Positions 17,067 to 28,416 of a stretch of 64,000 nucleotides of DNA are shown here, piece after piece. This DNA is from a virus. Position 1 is the first letter of the stretch, and every line of letters begins with the position of its first letter. The DNA is taken from positions 47,095 through 111,094 of the IMG/VR virus record IMGVR_UViG_3300008267_000007. One strand, 5' to 3'. The translations under genes and the position numbers were made by a program. Under the pieces are notes generated by a model. The model worked only from the letters and a program-made list of their open reading frames with translations, was not told where the DNA came from and made no database searches.

Positions 17067-20000
17067 TGGAAGTAACAAACATATCAGTATTAAATCCTAC
17101 TCAATTTATTAATCAAGATTATAATTTACAAGATGAGTCTTTATTAAACTCATTAAATGTAAATAAAGAATTTGGTTTACCTGAAGATAAAGTAGAAGTT
17201 CATGTTATATCACCTAATGGAGATTTAATAGATTCAGTTTATGATTTTAGGAATTATACTACACGACAAACCTATGAAGATACTTCTTTATACAATCAAA
17301 TTGAACTAGACCCTAAATCTGATTTAGAATCATTTAGTTTAAACCAGGGTCAATATGATATAATTTACAACTTTTATAGACAGTTATTTTTAAGTTCTGA
17401 GGCAAATAAATTCTACATAACAGAAATATCATCTGATAGAACTGAGATAAAAATATCTACCAATAATACTTCATATAATGATCTAGGTCAGTCATATTTA
17501 AAATTTGTAACTGAAAGAAACTCAAGAGCATTCTACTCAGATTTTATTTTAAATTTTGGTAATAATAAAACTTACATTGGGGTTAATGTTGCATTAGATA
17601 ATGTTAATACTACACTACCTAGTTTATATATTAAACTTTATGAGCCATTACCTTCTAATTTTAAGTTAAAAGATACTTTTTGGATTGTAGAAAGCATTTC
17701 TGAGCCTTTTTCATTTCAAGTAAATACTGAATTTATAGCTGAAGCAATATCTGATACAACTCCTTTAAGAGGTCCAAATGTTAGTATTGAATTAGCTGAA
17801 AAAAATAACTTAACTACACCTTATTTAAATTTATCTACACTTCTAGATCCTTCTACTTCATCTACATACCAACAATTACAATCTTGGATAGAAGAAAAAA
17901 GTATAGAGATAACAGTTGATTATAACGAATTTAGTAATTTTGTACACTTTTCATCTGCTCAAGAAAGATTAGAAAATTTTAAGTATAAATTAACCCAAAT
18001 CCAATCATTACAATCTGATATTGATTCATTAAATAATCTAAATGCTTTAACAAGTCAAGGTTATATAACTGTTAGTAAAGATAGTTTACAATCTCGTATT
18101 GATACCCTTATTGCTAAGTTTGACGGGTATGAGTATTTTTTATACTTTGAATCGGGTTCAAATTGTTGGCCTAAATCTAATTCAACCAAACCTTATACTA
18201 ATTATAATGTAACTTCACCATCATCTTCAAATTGGTTTGAGGCACAATCCAATACAGCTTACAATTACGATGTTGAAAATAGAGACTACATATGGAATAG
18301 TCTACCAGAATATATTAGAGAAGACACGCAAAATTCCAACTTAGAATTATTTGTTGCCATGCTTGGCCAACACTATGATTATATTTGGACTTACGTTAGA
18401 GATATCACGGATTTACAAGTAGCTGATAATAGAGTTGATTTTGGAATCTCAAAAGATTTAGTTGCTGATACCTTAAGAAACTTTGGTATAAAACTATATA
18501 CAAATTCAAGGGGACAAGAAGATTTATATCTTTCATTATTAGGTATAGATAAAAATTATGGTACTTTACCTTCAACCGGTTCTTATGTAATTGAAAATTA
18601 TGTAACAGCTTCCCAATATACTATACCAGATAATGATATTGTAAAAGAAACCTATAAGAGAATTTATCATAACTTGCCTTATTTACTTAAAACTAAGGGT
18701 ACTAGAAGGGGATTAAGAGCTTTAATCAACTGTTTTGGTATTCCTGAGACTATTTTAAAAGTAAAAGAATATGGTGGTAATAAAAAAGATCAAAACATAA
18801 TTGAACAGTTCAATGAAAAGTTTAATTATAGTTTAAATTTAAATAGTACTGCTAGTTTAGCTATACCTTTTGAACCTTCTTATAAACAATATCTAAATAG
18901 TGGAAGTATCATATACCCTGATACTATAGAATATAGATTTAAACTAGATGGAACTCTTCCAACTCAATCCTTATTAGAAAATAGTACAAATAACCTAAAT
19001 ATAAAAGTTACACACACTTCAGGATCATATTCTAATATAGATTTTAGGATTTCTGGTAGTTTAGGTTGGGTATCTTCTACTCCTATTAATTTACCTTTAA
19101 ATAATAATGATTGGTGGACTTTAAACCTGACAAGAGAAACAGGAAGTACTGATATTTTTGATCTTAACCCCAATACCTATACTTTAACTATTGGTAATAA
19201 AAATACTAGTGGAATACAGTTTTTAGCTTCTAGCTCACTTACTCCTCCTACTACTATGCTTAATACTTATAACGCTGCTTTTAATAATATAAGTACGTTA
19301 TATCCTGGAGGAAATAATATTAATTATCCATTTTCTGGTTCTATTCAAGAATTTAGATATTGGGTTGGTTCTATTTCATCATCTAATTTTACTGACCATA
19401 TTTTAAACCCACAATCTATTTCTAATAGTGGAGTAACGGGTTCATATGATAAATTAATATTTAGATTACCTTTAGGGAGTGAATTAGATAACACTTTAAA
19501 TTCAACCTTAACATCTGTACATCCATCTTATACTGCTTCTTTTTGGAATGGTTATAGTAATTCATCTACAGCATCTTTAAACTCATCATCATCTGCTACT
19601 TATGTAGCTAATCATGAATTATTTCTAGTTAATACTCCTAATATTGGTACTATTACTGAAATAGATGAAAAAGTAAGAATATCAAACCCCAATCTAGTAC
19701 CTGGAGATGTACTAACACCTTATATCTCTATTCAAAAACCCGAAGTATACCCATACACACCAGATTTATCTATTGTAGAGGTAGCTATTTCTCCTCAGGA
19801 TTCAATTAATGAGGATATAATTTCACAATTAGGTTCATTTAATATTGATGAATATATTGGTGATCCTAGGTTAGATTCTTATAACACTTATCCTGCTTTA
19901 AATGAATTAAGAGATTTTTATTTTAAAAAGTATTCTAACTCTCAAAATTTATTTGATATAATAAAACTTTTATCTTATTTTGATAATTCTTTATTCAAAA

Positions 20001-22606
20001 TGATAAAAGATTTTGTGCCTGCTAGAACTAATCTTTCTACTGGTTTAGTTATTAAATCTCACATGTTAGAGAGAAACAAGTTAGCTAGACACGAACCTGT
20101 ATTAACTTTTGTAAATTATAGTGGGTCAATTGAAACAGCTTTCATGTCTGGTTCTAACGGTTTAAACCTGGACTTAAACACAGATAACACTACAACAACT
20201 CAATACATATCAGGCAGTATTTCTAAATTAAATACTGATCGAAGAGAATTAATTACTGGAGAATTAGGTGGTACTATAATAACAGCATACACCCAATCCC
20301 CAGATAATATTGTATATGAATTAAATTACATAGCAGCTTCATCATCACAGGCTTTACATGATAGATTTTATAGATTACCTTTAAATCCTACATTAAACAA
20401 TATTTCTCAAGCTAGAACTACTCCAAAATACTTGGATATAGATTATGCTTATAATCCTATTACACCTGTCAATTTCAATTTCTTAACTGCCAGTTTAGAA
20501 TCAAATCTAAGTAATCCTGCATTTCCATTTTTAAATGCAACTGTTCAAGATAGTAATTATACTTTAAAACGACATACTCAACCTAGATATGAGGGAAGTA
20601 AATTAATAGGAACTAAATACAATACTTATACTACCGGGGATATATCTTATGGTTCTGACCCGGTTATAAATGCTCACCCTATCAAATTTGCTTATTTTAA
20701 AGAAATAACGTCACAGTCATTAACTCTACCAGGAAGAACTAATATTAATGTTAAGTACTTAATTGATAGTGCTTCTAATGTAATTGAATTAACTGAGGCT
20801 AATAAAAACATATTTGATGTTCAAAATATATTTAACAGAACTAATGCCAATATCGCATTAGATAATGTTAATCAACCTTCAAAACAAAAATCTTTAAATG
20901 GTTTAAAAGGGATTTATGCTGGTGGGTTTAGATATGAACCTATACTCCAAAACTACTCTACAGCTGTTTCAACTCATAATAGTTTAGATTTTACATATCT
21001 AAATGATATTGAAATCCCTAATCCTGCGACTGGAAGTTTAGTAACTCAAAGTATTGAAAGTAGTATAACAATAGGTCAACCCTATCTAACAACTAATCTA
21101 GGTTCCACCTCATTAAATACTTTAAGTAATTTCTTAACAGCAACATTAAACTCAGGAATAACCTTTCCTGTAATCAGAAATACAACATATACTGGAAAAC
21201 TAACCCAAAGAGTAACAGGTAGTTTAAAGGTAACCTTTAAAGTATCACCACCAGTTGACCAAAAAATTCAATTGTGGGATGAATTTAGTGGTGGTAGTCC
21301 TACTACTGTTCCGTATTTAACTGATATACCAATAAGTGATTGGGAAGATTTAAGAGATTTATCTTATACTAAAGATGGGCAACCCATAGTCCCTAATCCT
21401 ACTCTTTATGATAATCTTAGATATGCGTTAGTTCCTATAGGACATACTTTATATCATGATAACTATAGTAATGGAAATGTTACTGGAACCCTAGTGGGTA
21501 ATGGAGTTAAAACCCAAATAACTAATTGGGCTATTAATAATGGTATAGATAAGATAAAAGTACTAACTAATGATACAAGTGCTTCATTTACTACTTCAGG
21601 AATAAGTAATAATTTAATATCATCTAATAACTTATCAAATTTAATTTCACTTTCACCAAATATTGGGACATATGGGGTACCCGGAATTGATGGTTTAGTA
21701 ATTGAAGCTACTTACCCTTTTGAGGGTGAAATAGTATTAGATGCTGGTGTGGGGAATTCAACAACTGCTACTCCAATCCAGCTAAAAAATCTAAATGGTA
21801 TTATAGGTAAACTAACAACATCATTTGTATTCACTAGAGTATCAACTAGCCCTCAATTGCAGTTCACAACAGCACCATCATATGATGTAAATCCTTTATA
21901 CATAGGAAGACCTTATTATATGACAGAAGCCCCATCTAAAATATACCTTACAGGTACATCAGATAGAGGATTCAATTCCGGCTCATCTAATAATAATTGG
22001 TATTTTGAAAGAGGAAATAAAGTAGAAAGTGGTAGTGTATTTACTTTAATGACAGCATCTGCTGATTTATCCAGATTATACTATGATCATTATGTTCCTG
22101 GAAATTCATATTATGGGAATCCCATAATACAAACCCTTCCTACAGAAAGTATAAATGCTGGTTATCAACAAATTACTGAATATTTTAATCCTAAAAAAGG
22201 TGATTTAATAAGATTTTATAATCATGATAGTGGCAGATTCCCATTTTCATCAATATTTGAAAGAGAAATAATTAATATATATCCCCCACAAGGTCAAATA
22301 ATTGGAACTGGATCTAATGGTACAGGATCATATGAAAATAGATTAGTATTTGAAGTATCTGGAGATTTGGGTAACACTGAAGACAATATCCCTAATCAAG
22401 CATGTACCACATCAGGATCATATGCTCATATCATGAATTTTATCATGCTTTCTAAAGTACCAGATGAAACTAATATAGTAATATCATCTGATAAGAGAGA
22501 TGGACAAACTTCTGCGGGTATAGTACTTCCTGAAAGTATATCTATAACTCTCAAAAACGAAGCTGGTAATATAGTTAAAGATTTAAAATCTAAAAACTTA
22601 ATTTAA
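17066..22606 (+). CDS. Large baseplate structural protein (gp7-like core plus LamG-like domain)
   Basis: LP.YI..D, YLLKTKGT.RGL..L...FG wedge motifs; F.GSIQEFRYW LamG-like segment. Confidence 0.7.
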   Translation: MEVTNISVLNPTQFINQDYNLQDESLLNSLNVNKEFGLPEDKVEVHVISPNGDLIDSVYDFRNYTTRQTYEDTSLYNQIELDPKSDLESFSLNQGQYDIIYNFYRQLFLSSEANKFYITEISSDRTEIKISTNNTSYNDLGQSYLKFVTERNSRAFYSDFILNFGNNKTYIGVNVALDNVNTTLPSLYIKLYEPLPSNFKLKDTFWIVESISEPFSFQVNTEFIAEAISDTTPLRGPNVSIELAEKNNLTTPYLNLSTLLDPSTSSTYQQLQSWIEEKSIEITVDYNEFSNFVHFSSAQERLENFKYKLTQIQSLQSDIDSLNNLNALTSQGYITVSKDSLQSRIDTLIAKFDGYEYFLYFESGSNCWPKSNSTKPYTNYNVTSPSSSNWFEAQSNTAYNYDVENRDYIWNSLPEYIREDTQNSNLELFVAMLGQHYDYIWTYVRDITDLQVADNRVDFGISKDLVADTLRNFGIKLYTNSRGQEDLYLSLLGIDKNYGTLPSTGSYVIENYVTASQYTIPDNDIVKETYKRIYHNLPYLLKTKGTRRGLRALINCFGIPETILKVKEYGGNKKDQNIIEQFNEKFNYSLNLNSTASLAIPFEPSYKQYLNSGSIIYPDTIEYRFKLDGTLPTQSLLENSTNNLNIKVTHTSGSYSNIDFRISGSLGWVSSTPINLPLNNNDWWTLNLTRETGSTDIFDLNPNTYTLTIGNKNTSGIQFLASSSLTPPTTMLNTYNAAFNNISTLYPGGNNINYPFSGSIQEFRYWVGSISSSNFTDHILNPQSISNSGVTGSYDKLIFRLPLGSELDNTLNSTLTSVHPSYTASFWNGYSNSSTASLNSSSSATYVANHELFLVNTPNIGTITEIDEKVRISNPNLVPGDVLTPYISIQKPEVYPYTPDLSIVEVAISPQDSINEDIISQLGSFNIDEYIGDPRLDSYNTYPALNELRDFYFKKYSNSQNLFDIIKLLSYFDNSLFKMIKDFVPARTNLSTGLVIKSHMLERNKLARHEPVLTFVNYSGSIETAFMSGSNGLNLDLNTDNTTTTQYISGSISKLNTDRRELITGELGGTIITAYTQSPDNIVYELNYIAASSSQALHDRFYRLPLNPTLNNISQARTTPKYLDIDYAYNPITPVNFNFLTASLESNLSNPAFPFLNATVQDSNYTLKRHTQPRYEGSKLIGTKYNTYTTGDISYGSDPVINAHPIKFAYFKEITSQSLTLPGRTNINVKYLIDSASNVIELTEANKNIFDVQNIFNRTNANIALDNVNQPSKQKSLNGLKGIYAGGFRYEPILQNYSTAVSTHNSLDFTYLNDIEIPNPATGSLVTQSIESSITIGQPYLTTNLGSTSLNTLSNFLTATLNSGITFPVIRNTTYTGKLTQRVTGSLKVTFKVSPPVDQKIQLWDEFSGGSPTTVPYLTDIPISDWEDLRDLSYTKDGQPIVPNPTLYDNLRYALVPIGHTLYHDNYSNGNVTGTLVGNGVKTQITNWAINNGIDKIKVLTNDTSASFTTSGISNNLISSNNLSNLISLSPNIGTYGVPGIDGLVIEATYPFEGEIVLDAGVGNSTTATPIQLKNLNGIIGKLTTSFVFTRVSTSPQLQFTTAPSYDVNPLYIGRPYYMTEAPSKIYLTGTSDRGFNSGSSNNNWYFERGNKVESGSVFTLMTASADLSRLYYDHYVPGNSYYGNPIIQTLPTESINAGYQQITEYFNPKKGDLIRFYNHDSGRFPFSSIFEREIINIYPPQGQIIGTGSNGTGSYENRLVFEVSGDLGNTEDNIPNQACTTSGSYAHIMNFIMLSKVPDETNIVISSDKRDGQTSAGIVLPESISITLKNEAGNIVKDLKSKNLI

Positions 22607-22652
22607 AAGAATAAAAGACGCACATATTTATAACTGCAATTAATAACAACTT

Positions 22653-23312
22653 ATGGGATTTCTTAACAATCAATCAGTAACCGTAGATGCAATTCTTACT
22701 AAAAAGGGTAGAGAATTGTTAGCAAAGAATGACGGTTCATTCAGAATTACTCAATTTTCATTATCTGATGATGAAATTGACTATACACTATATAATCCTT
22801 ACCACCCATCAGGTTCAGCCTATTATGGTGAAGCTATTGAAGCTATGCCTATATTAGAAGCATTTCCTGATGAAACTCAAATAATGAAGTATAAATTATT
22901 AACCCTTCCAAGAGGTACAGCTAAATTGCCTGTATTAGATGTTGGATACACTTCTATTACTTTGCGTCAAGGTGCTTCATTAGCTATTACACCTCAAACT
23001 TTAAATTATTTAGGAGCATCTACAGCTTATGAATCTTCAGGATACACAGCTACTATTGGTGATTCAAGAATCTTATCAACATTCAATGCTGTTGGTGTAA
23101 ATACAGCTGAAGCTCAAGCTTTGAATTCTTCAACTACAATTGGAACTAATGTTTCAAGAACAGTAGTAGGAACAACAATAAACTTAACAGCTACAACTGT
23201 TAATACCTTATTTGGAACTAGAAGTTCTTTATCTACAATACTAACAATTACAGGTAGAGATTCAGGAGCTAGACTAACAGTTCCAGTAACAATAACAAAA
23301 GTAACTAGCTAA
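22653..23312 (+). CDS. Virion structural protein (baseplate/tail base)
   Basis: AILTKKGRELLA...ITQF.L.DDE.DY pattern; own late promoter. Confidence 0.7.
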   Translation: MGFLNNQSVTVDAILTKKGRELLAKNDGSFRITQFSLSDDEIDYTLYNPYHPSGSAYYGEAIEAMPILEAFPDETQIMKYKLLTLPRGTAKLPVLDVGYTSITLRQGASLAITPQTLNYLGASTAYESSGYTATIGDSRILSTFNAVGVNTAEAQALNSSTTIGTNVSRTVVGTTINLTATTVNTLFGTRSSLSTILTITGRDSGARLTVPVTITKVTS

Positions 23313-23324
23313 TAAAAACATAAT

Positions 23325-24365
23325 ATGAGCTTTATCCCATTAAATGCTGAAGATTTTGTAGTGAGTTCGGATTCAATTACTTCTACCTTATGGAGTAATA
23401 ACGTAACATCCTTAACTGCTATATACACTTCTTCTACTGCTATTAATAACAATGCATACTTACAAGTATATAGTGAACCTACTTCTAATGCTTCTGCTTT
23501 ACCTCAATTTTCTATTTCTTATGGTCAATTACAAGGTTCAGGTTCAGCACCTATAAATGCTTCTATCCCTGGATTATCTCCAACTAGAATTACTTATGGT
23601 CAATTTCGTACCTTAATTAATGGGGACGAAAATACTAACATTAACTTTGGAGCTGGAAATACTAATTCTCCTGATTTTTATGTTATAAGCTTAAATAGAG
23701 CAAATTATAAAGAAAAACTATTCCCTGGTACTTTCAATTTAGCTCTTTCGGGATCTGATGGTACTGATAATAGACTAATTAGATTAACCGATAATAGTGT
23801 TAATACAACTACATTAACATACTGTGATGCTGGTAGAGTATTTGACATAGTTAGTGGATCTAATGGATCAGCTATGACATCAATTACATCTGGAAGTAGT
23901 GCTGCTGGGTATACAGTGTCAGGTTCATATGGTAAATTCCTACCGGATGTTGGTTTAATTCTATTGAATGCTAGAGCTTTAGCTTTATCTTGTAGTCTTG
24001 GTGGTATAGGATTAACTCCTGGAACCTCAAATACTTCACCTACCCTAGGAACCATAAACACTAATTTATTCAATGCCATCAACTCTGGTAAAAGCTTCTC
24101 ATTAAATAGTGAAGAAACAATCACATCAGATTATATATTTGTAAGAATTAAAAATAATGATTTTAATTATACTACTAATCCTTCTATGATAAGTGGTAGT
24201 GGTGAATTTTATTACCCCTCATTAATTAACAATCCACAAACTTATATTACGACAGTTGGGTTATACAATAACAATAATGAGTTATTAGGTGTAGCTAAAT
24301 TATCAAAACCTCTAGTAAAGGATTTTACTAAAGAAGCACTAATTCGTGTAAAATTAGACTTTTAA
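23325..24365 (+). CDS. Virion structural protein (baseplate/fibre attachment)
   Basis: C-terminal YITTVGLYN...ELL.VAKLS.PL.K motif. Confidence 0.72.
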   Translation: MSFIPLNAEDFVVSSDSITSTLWSNNVTSLTAIYTSSTAINNNAYLQVYSEPTSNASALPQFSISYGQLQGSGSAPINASIPGLSPTRITYGQFRTLINGDENTNINFGAGNTNSPDFYVISLNRANYKEKLFPGTFNLALSGSDGTDNRLIRLTDNSVNTTTLTYCDAGRVFDIVSGSNGSAMTSITSGSSAAGYTVSGSYGKFLPDVGLILLNARALALSCSLGGIGLTPGTSNTSPTLGTINTNLFNAINSGKSFSLNSEETITSDYIFVRIKNNDFNYTTNPSMISGSGEFYYPSLINNPQTYITTVGLYNNNNELLGVAKLSKPLVKDFTKEALIRVKLDF

Positions 24366-24368
24366 TGA

Positions 24369-26468
24369 ATGAGTTTTTCATATAAAACATTAAATTCAAC
24401 TGATATAACATTAACCTCCTATATTGCTAATAAACAATGGGAGGTTAATAATTCTACCTTATCCCAAAATGGGATAACAATCTATATAGGGGAAAATCTT
24501 CCTATTGATAGAAATCACCCATTTGATCCAATAGATGATGTAGAAACATCAAATGACGAATATAGAAGACTAATTTTTGAATCTGTAAAACACCTATATT
24601 ACGAAAATTATACTACTGGATCTTTAACTGGTCAATTCTTTAAATCATCTTCATACGTAAACTATGAGCAAACTACCCTAATATCAGGGTCAATGCTCTC
24701 AGCCTTTAAAAATCTAACAACAGTTACTGGTAGCGCTTATGACCCATCTGACCCATCATTTTATGATGGTACTCTATATGATATGTCATCGAGTATTTAC
24801 GATGAAACAACGTTTGACTTGGATAGGGGAGGAAAAGTAGCAATTATATCGATAGATAAAGAAATATTTGGTTCTGGACTAAAACCCCATACTGTTAACA
24901 TTTCAGGCTCAGGATATTATTTAAGAGATGATGGTGAGGGTAATATATTTAATTTTAATAATCCTGATAATTATGCTAGATATAATTCTGCCATATATGA
25001 TAAGGATATTTATTTAGAATTATTAAACAGTAACTTCCCACAATTGGAATATGTGGGTAATGTTTTTTATTCTCATGGTTTAATTATAATAACAAATTCT
25101 GATTACTTATGTGCTTTTGGTTCACCACCAACTGCTGTAAATAATTATTTTTCATATAATAATATGACCCCAACTTTCAACTTAGATATATTATCTAATG
25201 ACTTTTCAGATTGCGGGTTAATTAATTATGATAGCTTTATATCAACTGGTGGTACATTTCCTGATTACACATATATTAATGGATTCTTAAATATAACCCC
25301 TAATCAAACCTGTGTAATACCTGGAACATATCAATTGGGGTATACTATATCTAATTCATCTGGTATTAGAAGTAATACTGGTTCTATTAATTTAATTATT
25401 AAATCTGAACCACTACAAATAAATAATATAATCTCTTCTTCTGTATGTTTTGGGGATACTTCTATAAGACCTGTAACTTTTTCTATTAATTATGGAGTAC
25501 CATATTATAGTTATTCTTTGGATAATGGTTTAAACTATACTGGAGTAAGTAATTTATTCAACGTTACTGTTAGTGGTAGTGTAACAGCTTCAAATACTAA
25601 CATAATATATGTTAAAGATTATTTAGGAGAAATTATAACATCATCATTCTCATCATGGCTCCCAGAAGTAAGTTATACTACAACTATTATTAAAAATCCA
25701 TGTTCTAACATTAGTGAAGACGGTATTGTAAGGTTTGATCCGATTAATGGTCAAAATGATATAGCCATTAAAGTTAATGGGGAACCTTCATGGAATGAAC
25801 TTCCAATGGAATATACAGGTTTAGGTACTTTAGGTAATACTATACAAGTAAAAGATTTTAATAATAATTGTACTACTAGTTCAATCTTAACTTTATCTCC
25901 AACCCCACAATTGAATATAGATGCTTTTAAATCTGATGTGAATTGTTATGGAGGGCGTAATGGGAATTTAGCTATTGAAGTTTCAAATGTAGTAGATACT
26001 TTATTTGTTACTTTATTAGATCCAACTTCTAGTGCTATTTATAATAACGTTCCATTAAGTTCATTTACTAATAATTACATAACTGCTTCTAATTTGAGTA
26101 CTGGAAGTTATAGTTTAACTTTAACTACTACTGGTTCATATGGTTGCCAAAATTATAGTAATATCTATAACATATACAGTCCAAACCCTGTAACATTCTC
26201 ATCTACAGCTTCTTATATAGATTCTTGTTCTAATGCTATGATATTTAATGCTACTGGAGGAACACCACCTTATACTTATTTTGCTCAAAACTCAAGCAGT
26301 TTCCAATTATACTCTTCTGATTCATCATCAGTGACATTAAATGGGTTAAATTCTGGAAGTTATAACTTATGGGTAAGAGATAGTTTATTATGTGCTTCAA
26401 CAATACAAACAGTTGAAGTTTATGGTAGAGGGTATATTTATAGTGGATCTAATTGTGAAATAATATAG
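24369..26468 (+). CDS. Virion protein: baseplate N-domain, Ig/cadherin-like domain and SprB-like repeats
   Basis: N part paralogous to 23325; PPTAVNN..DIL.ND Ig-like; DVNCYGGRNG and ATGGTPPYTY SprB-type motifs. Confidence 0.7.
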   Translation: MSFSYKTLNSTDITLTSYIANKQWEVNNSTLSQNGITIYIGENLPIDRNHPFDPIDDVETSNDEYRRLIFESVKHLYYENYTTGSLTGQFFKSSSYVNYEQTTLISGSMLSAFKNLTTVTGSAYDPSDPSFYDGTLYDMSSSIYDETTFDLDRGGKVAIISIDKEIFGSGLKPHTVNISGSGYYLRDDGEGNIFNFNNPDNYARYNSAIYDKDIYLELLNSNFPQLEYVGNVFYSHGLIIITNSDYLCAFGSPPTAVNNYFSYNNMTPTFNLDILSNDFSDCGLINYDSFISTGGTFPDYTYINGFLNITPNQTCVIPGTYQLGYTISNSSGIRSNTGSINLIIKSEPLQINNIISSSVCFGDTSIRPVTFSINYGVPYYSYSLDNGLNYTGVSNLFNVTVSGSVTASNTNIIYVKDYLGEIITSSFSSWLPEVSYTTTIIKNPCSNISEDGIVRFDPINGQNDIAIKVNGEPSWNELPMEYTGLGTLGNTIQVKDFNNNCTTSSILTLSPTPQLNIDAFKSDVNCYGGRNGNLAIEVSNVVDTLFVTLLDPTSSAIYNNVPLSSFTNNYITASNLSTGSYSLTLTTTGSYGCQNYSNIYNIYSPNPVTFSSTASYIDSCSNAMIFNATGGTPPYTYFAQNSSSFQLYSSDSSSVTLNGLNSGSYNLWVRDSLLCASTIQTVEVYGRGYIYSGSNCEII

Positions 26469-26469
26469 T

Positions 26470-27426
26470 ATGGCTAACTCAGGATATATAACAAGTTCAG
26501 GAATACAACAAGTGTTTACTTCAGGTCCCTATTTGGGATCTGTAGTAACTTCTAGTTATGGTAATAGTGGCCCTACAGTTAATTTCTCACAACCATTCAT
26601 TTCAGGTACTACCGATTCAATATCACCTTGTAGTACAACCTATTTTAGATACTATCAAGATCTAATTAGTTGTCCAATTAATGGGTGTACTCCCCCAATA
26701 TTAATATCTGCTAATAGAATAGATTGTATTGGTACTGACCCAATATACATTGTACCTTACAATTCAAGTTCTACATCAGCATTATATACTGTAATAAAGT
26801 ATAGTACTGATCCCTCATTTTTAACTAATAGTGGATCCCAAATTTATAATAATTCTAGCCCAGTTAGCTTAAATGTAGATGTATCAACTCTTCCTCTTCA
26901 ACCAACAGCTTATACTACAGTATATTTTCAAGCTTACAATAGTTGTAGTAGTGGTCTTACATCATCTTTGAGTAATATAGTCACAGCATCTTGTACTGCA
27001 ACAGTACTCCCCGAACCTGAACCCTTCTTCATAACAATGGTTAATGGTACCGACCAACCTATATACTACAGAAGAGATGATTCACTTACCCAATATGCTA
27101 TATTAGCTGGGGCAAGTCAATCCGTTGGTACTAGGTTATTGACCTGTGACCTATATTTTAGTACAACACCTAACCCACTTTTACCCGATCTTAGAAATTT
27201 TGTAAGTTTAGATAAAATTGGATTTAATGATGGAGATATAAGTGTAACATTAAATGACCTCAATTTCACTACACCTGTCACTACAACAACTTTTCCTTAC
27301 AACAACTTCCAGTGGTTAGATGATGATATAATTAGCACTAATGATTTGTGGATAAATGTAGATAGAACTACTTACCCAAATGGGGGAACATTAACATTGG
27401 ATTTTACTGTAGATTTACCTCTATAA
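26470..27426 (+). CDS. S/T-rich virion protein with FN3-like segment
   Basis: YST...F, L.P...VYFQAYNSC..G.TS..SN.V pattern. Confidence 0.6.
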   Translation: MANSGYITSSGIQQVFTSGPYLGSVVTSSYGNSGPTVNFSQPFISGTTDSISPCSTTYFRYYQDLISCPINGCTPPILISANRIDCIGTDPIYIVPYNSSSTSALYTVIKYSTDPSFLTNSGSQIYNNSSPVSLNVDVSTLPLQPTAYTTVYFQAYNSCSSGLTSSLSNIVTASCTATVLPEPEPFFITMVNGTDQPIYYRRDDSLTQYAILAGASQSVGTRLLTCDLYFSTTPNPLLPDLRNFVSLDKIGFNDGDISVTLNDLNFTTPVTTTTFPYNNFQWLDDDIISTNDLWINVDRTTYPNGGTLTLDFTVDLPL

Positions 27427-27447
27427 TATTCAAAAATATAATTAAGA

Positions 27448-27753
27448 ATGGGAGCTATAACACAAGATATAAACGCTGTATTATCATTTAAAAATGAACA
27501 TATCATTTATGAGAATGAAATACGTTGCAAAGTAAATGAAAACGAATTTAATCTTTCTCACAATCCAACATTAACCACAGATAATTCAGGATCATTAAGA
27601 TCTTTTGCAACAGCATCTGCATTTTCTCCTTATGTTACAACTGTTGGGCTTTATAATGAAAGAAGTGAATTATTAGCTGTAGCTAAACTATCACAAGCAT
27701 TACCCTTATCCTCAGTAACAGATACCACTTTTGTGGTAAAATACGATTTATAA
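27448..27753 (+). CDS. Stand-alone C-terminal baseplate domain, paralog of the 23325 C-terminus
   Basis: EFN.S.NP, PYVTTVGLYN.RSELLAVAKLS. Confidence 0.75.
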   Translation: MGAITQDINAVLSFKNEHIIYENEIRCKVNENEFNLSHNPTLTTDNSGSLRSFATASAFSPYVTTVGLYNERSELLAVAKLSQALPLSSVTDTTFVVKYDL

Positions 27754-27756
27754 AAT

Positions 27757-28194
27757 ATGTGGTTATATAAAAACGAAGAAATAAAAGAATTAACAGATAT
27801 GCCCGAAAATACTTTCGGGTTTATTTATGAAGTGACTCATATCCCAACAGGGAGAAAGTACTTAGGTAGAAAACAATTAATATCAGTCCAAAGAAAAGCA
27901 TTAGGTAAAAAGGAATTAGCTTTAATTACTGATAAACGATCTTCAAAGAAGAAAACCGTTACCAAAGAAACTGATTGGAAAACTTATTATGGGTCACATC
28001 CTGAAATAAAACAAATGATAAAAGATGGAAAGGGGTTTGAATTTACAAGAGAAATTCTTATGTTTGTTCCTTCTAAAAAGTTACTAACCTATTATGAAGA
28101 TAAATATCTTTATGTAAATGGTGTAGTAGAAATAGGATCTAACTATTTTAATGATAATATTTCGGGTCGTTTTTTTAAAAAAGACTTCTTATAA
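27757..28194 (+). CDS. GIY-YIG family endonuclease
   Basis: FGFIYEVT...GRKYLG, YYGS, F.REIL, Y.N.NI. Confidence 0.82.
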   Translation: MWLYKNEEIKELTDMPENTFGFIYEVTHIPTGRKYLGRKQLISVQRKALGKKELALITDKRSSKKKTVTKETDWKTYYGSHPEIKQMIKDGKGFEFTREILMFVPSKKLLTYYEDKYLYVNGVVEIGSNYFNDNISGRFFKKDFL

Positions 28195-28198
28195 AGTA

Positions 28199-28228
28199 TT
28201 TGGCTCCTATAGGGAGCCTTATTATATT
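28199..28228 (+). promoter_or_regulatory. Palindromic promoter TTTGGCTCC-N5-GGAGCC-TTAT-TATATT, copy 1
   Basis: TTTG-N20-TATATT; upstream of primase operon. Confidence 0.75.
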
Positions 28229-28248
28229 CCCCTAAAAAATTATATATT

Positions 28249-28401
28249 ATGAAATTATACGGTCTATATTACAAAAATTCTACTGAGCCCATAAATCAAA
28301 TACGATTTAAATCCCTTGATGAGGCAAAATTGTTTTTTTCACAACAAAAACGCTTAGTTTTAGAAAAATTTGAACCAATTTTTGATGTAAGAGAAGTATA
28401 A
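28249..28401 (+). CDS. 50-aa hypothetical protein (MKLYGLYYKNSTEPIN...), not in ORF track
   Basis: First ORF after the promoter; fills gap before primase. Confidence 0.7.
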   Translation: MKLYGLYYKNSTEPINQIRFKSLDEAKLFFSQQKRLVLEKFEPIFDVREV

Positions 28402-28416
28402 AAATAAATAAAGGTT

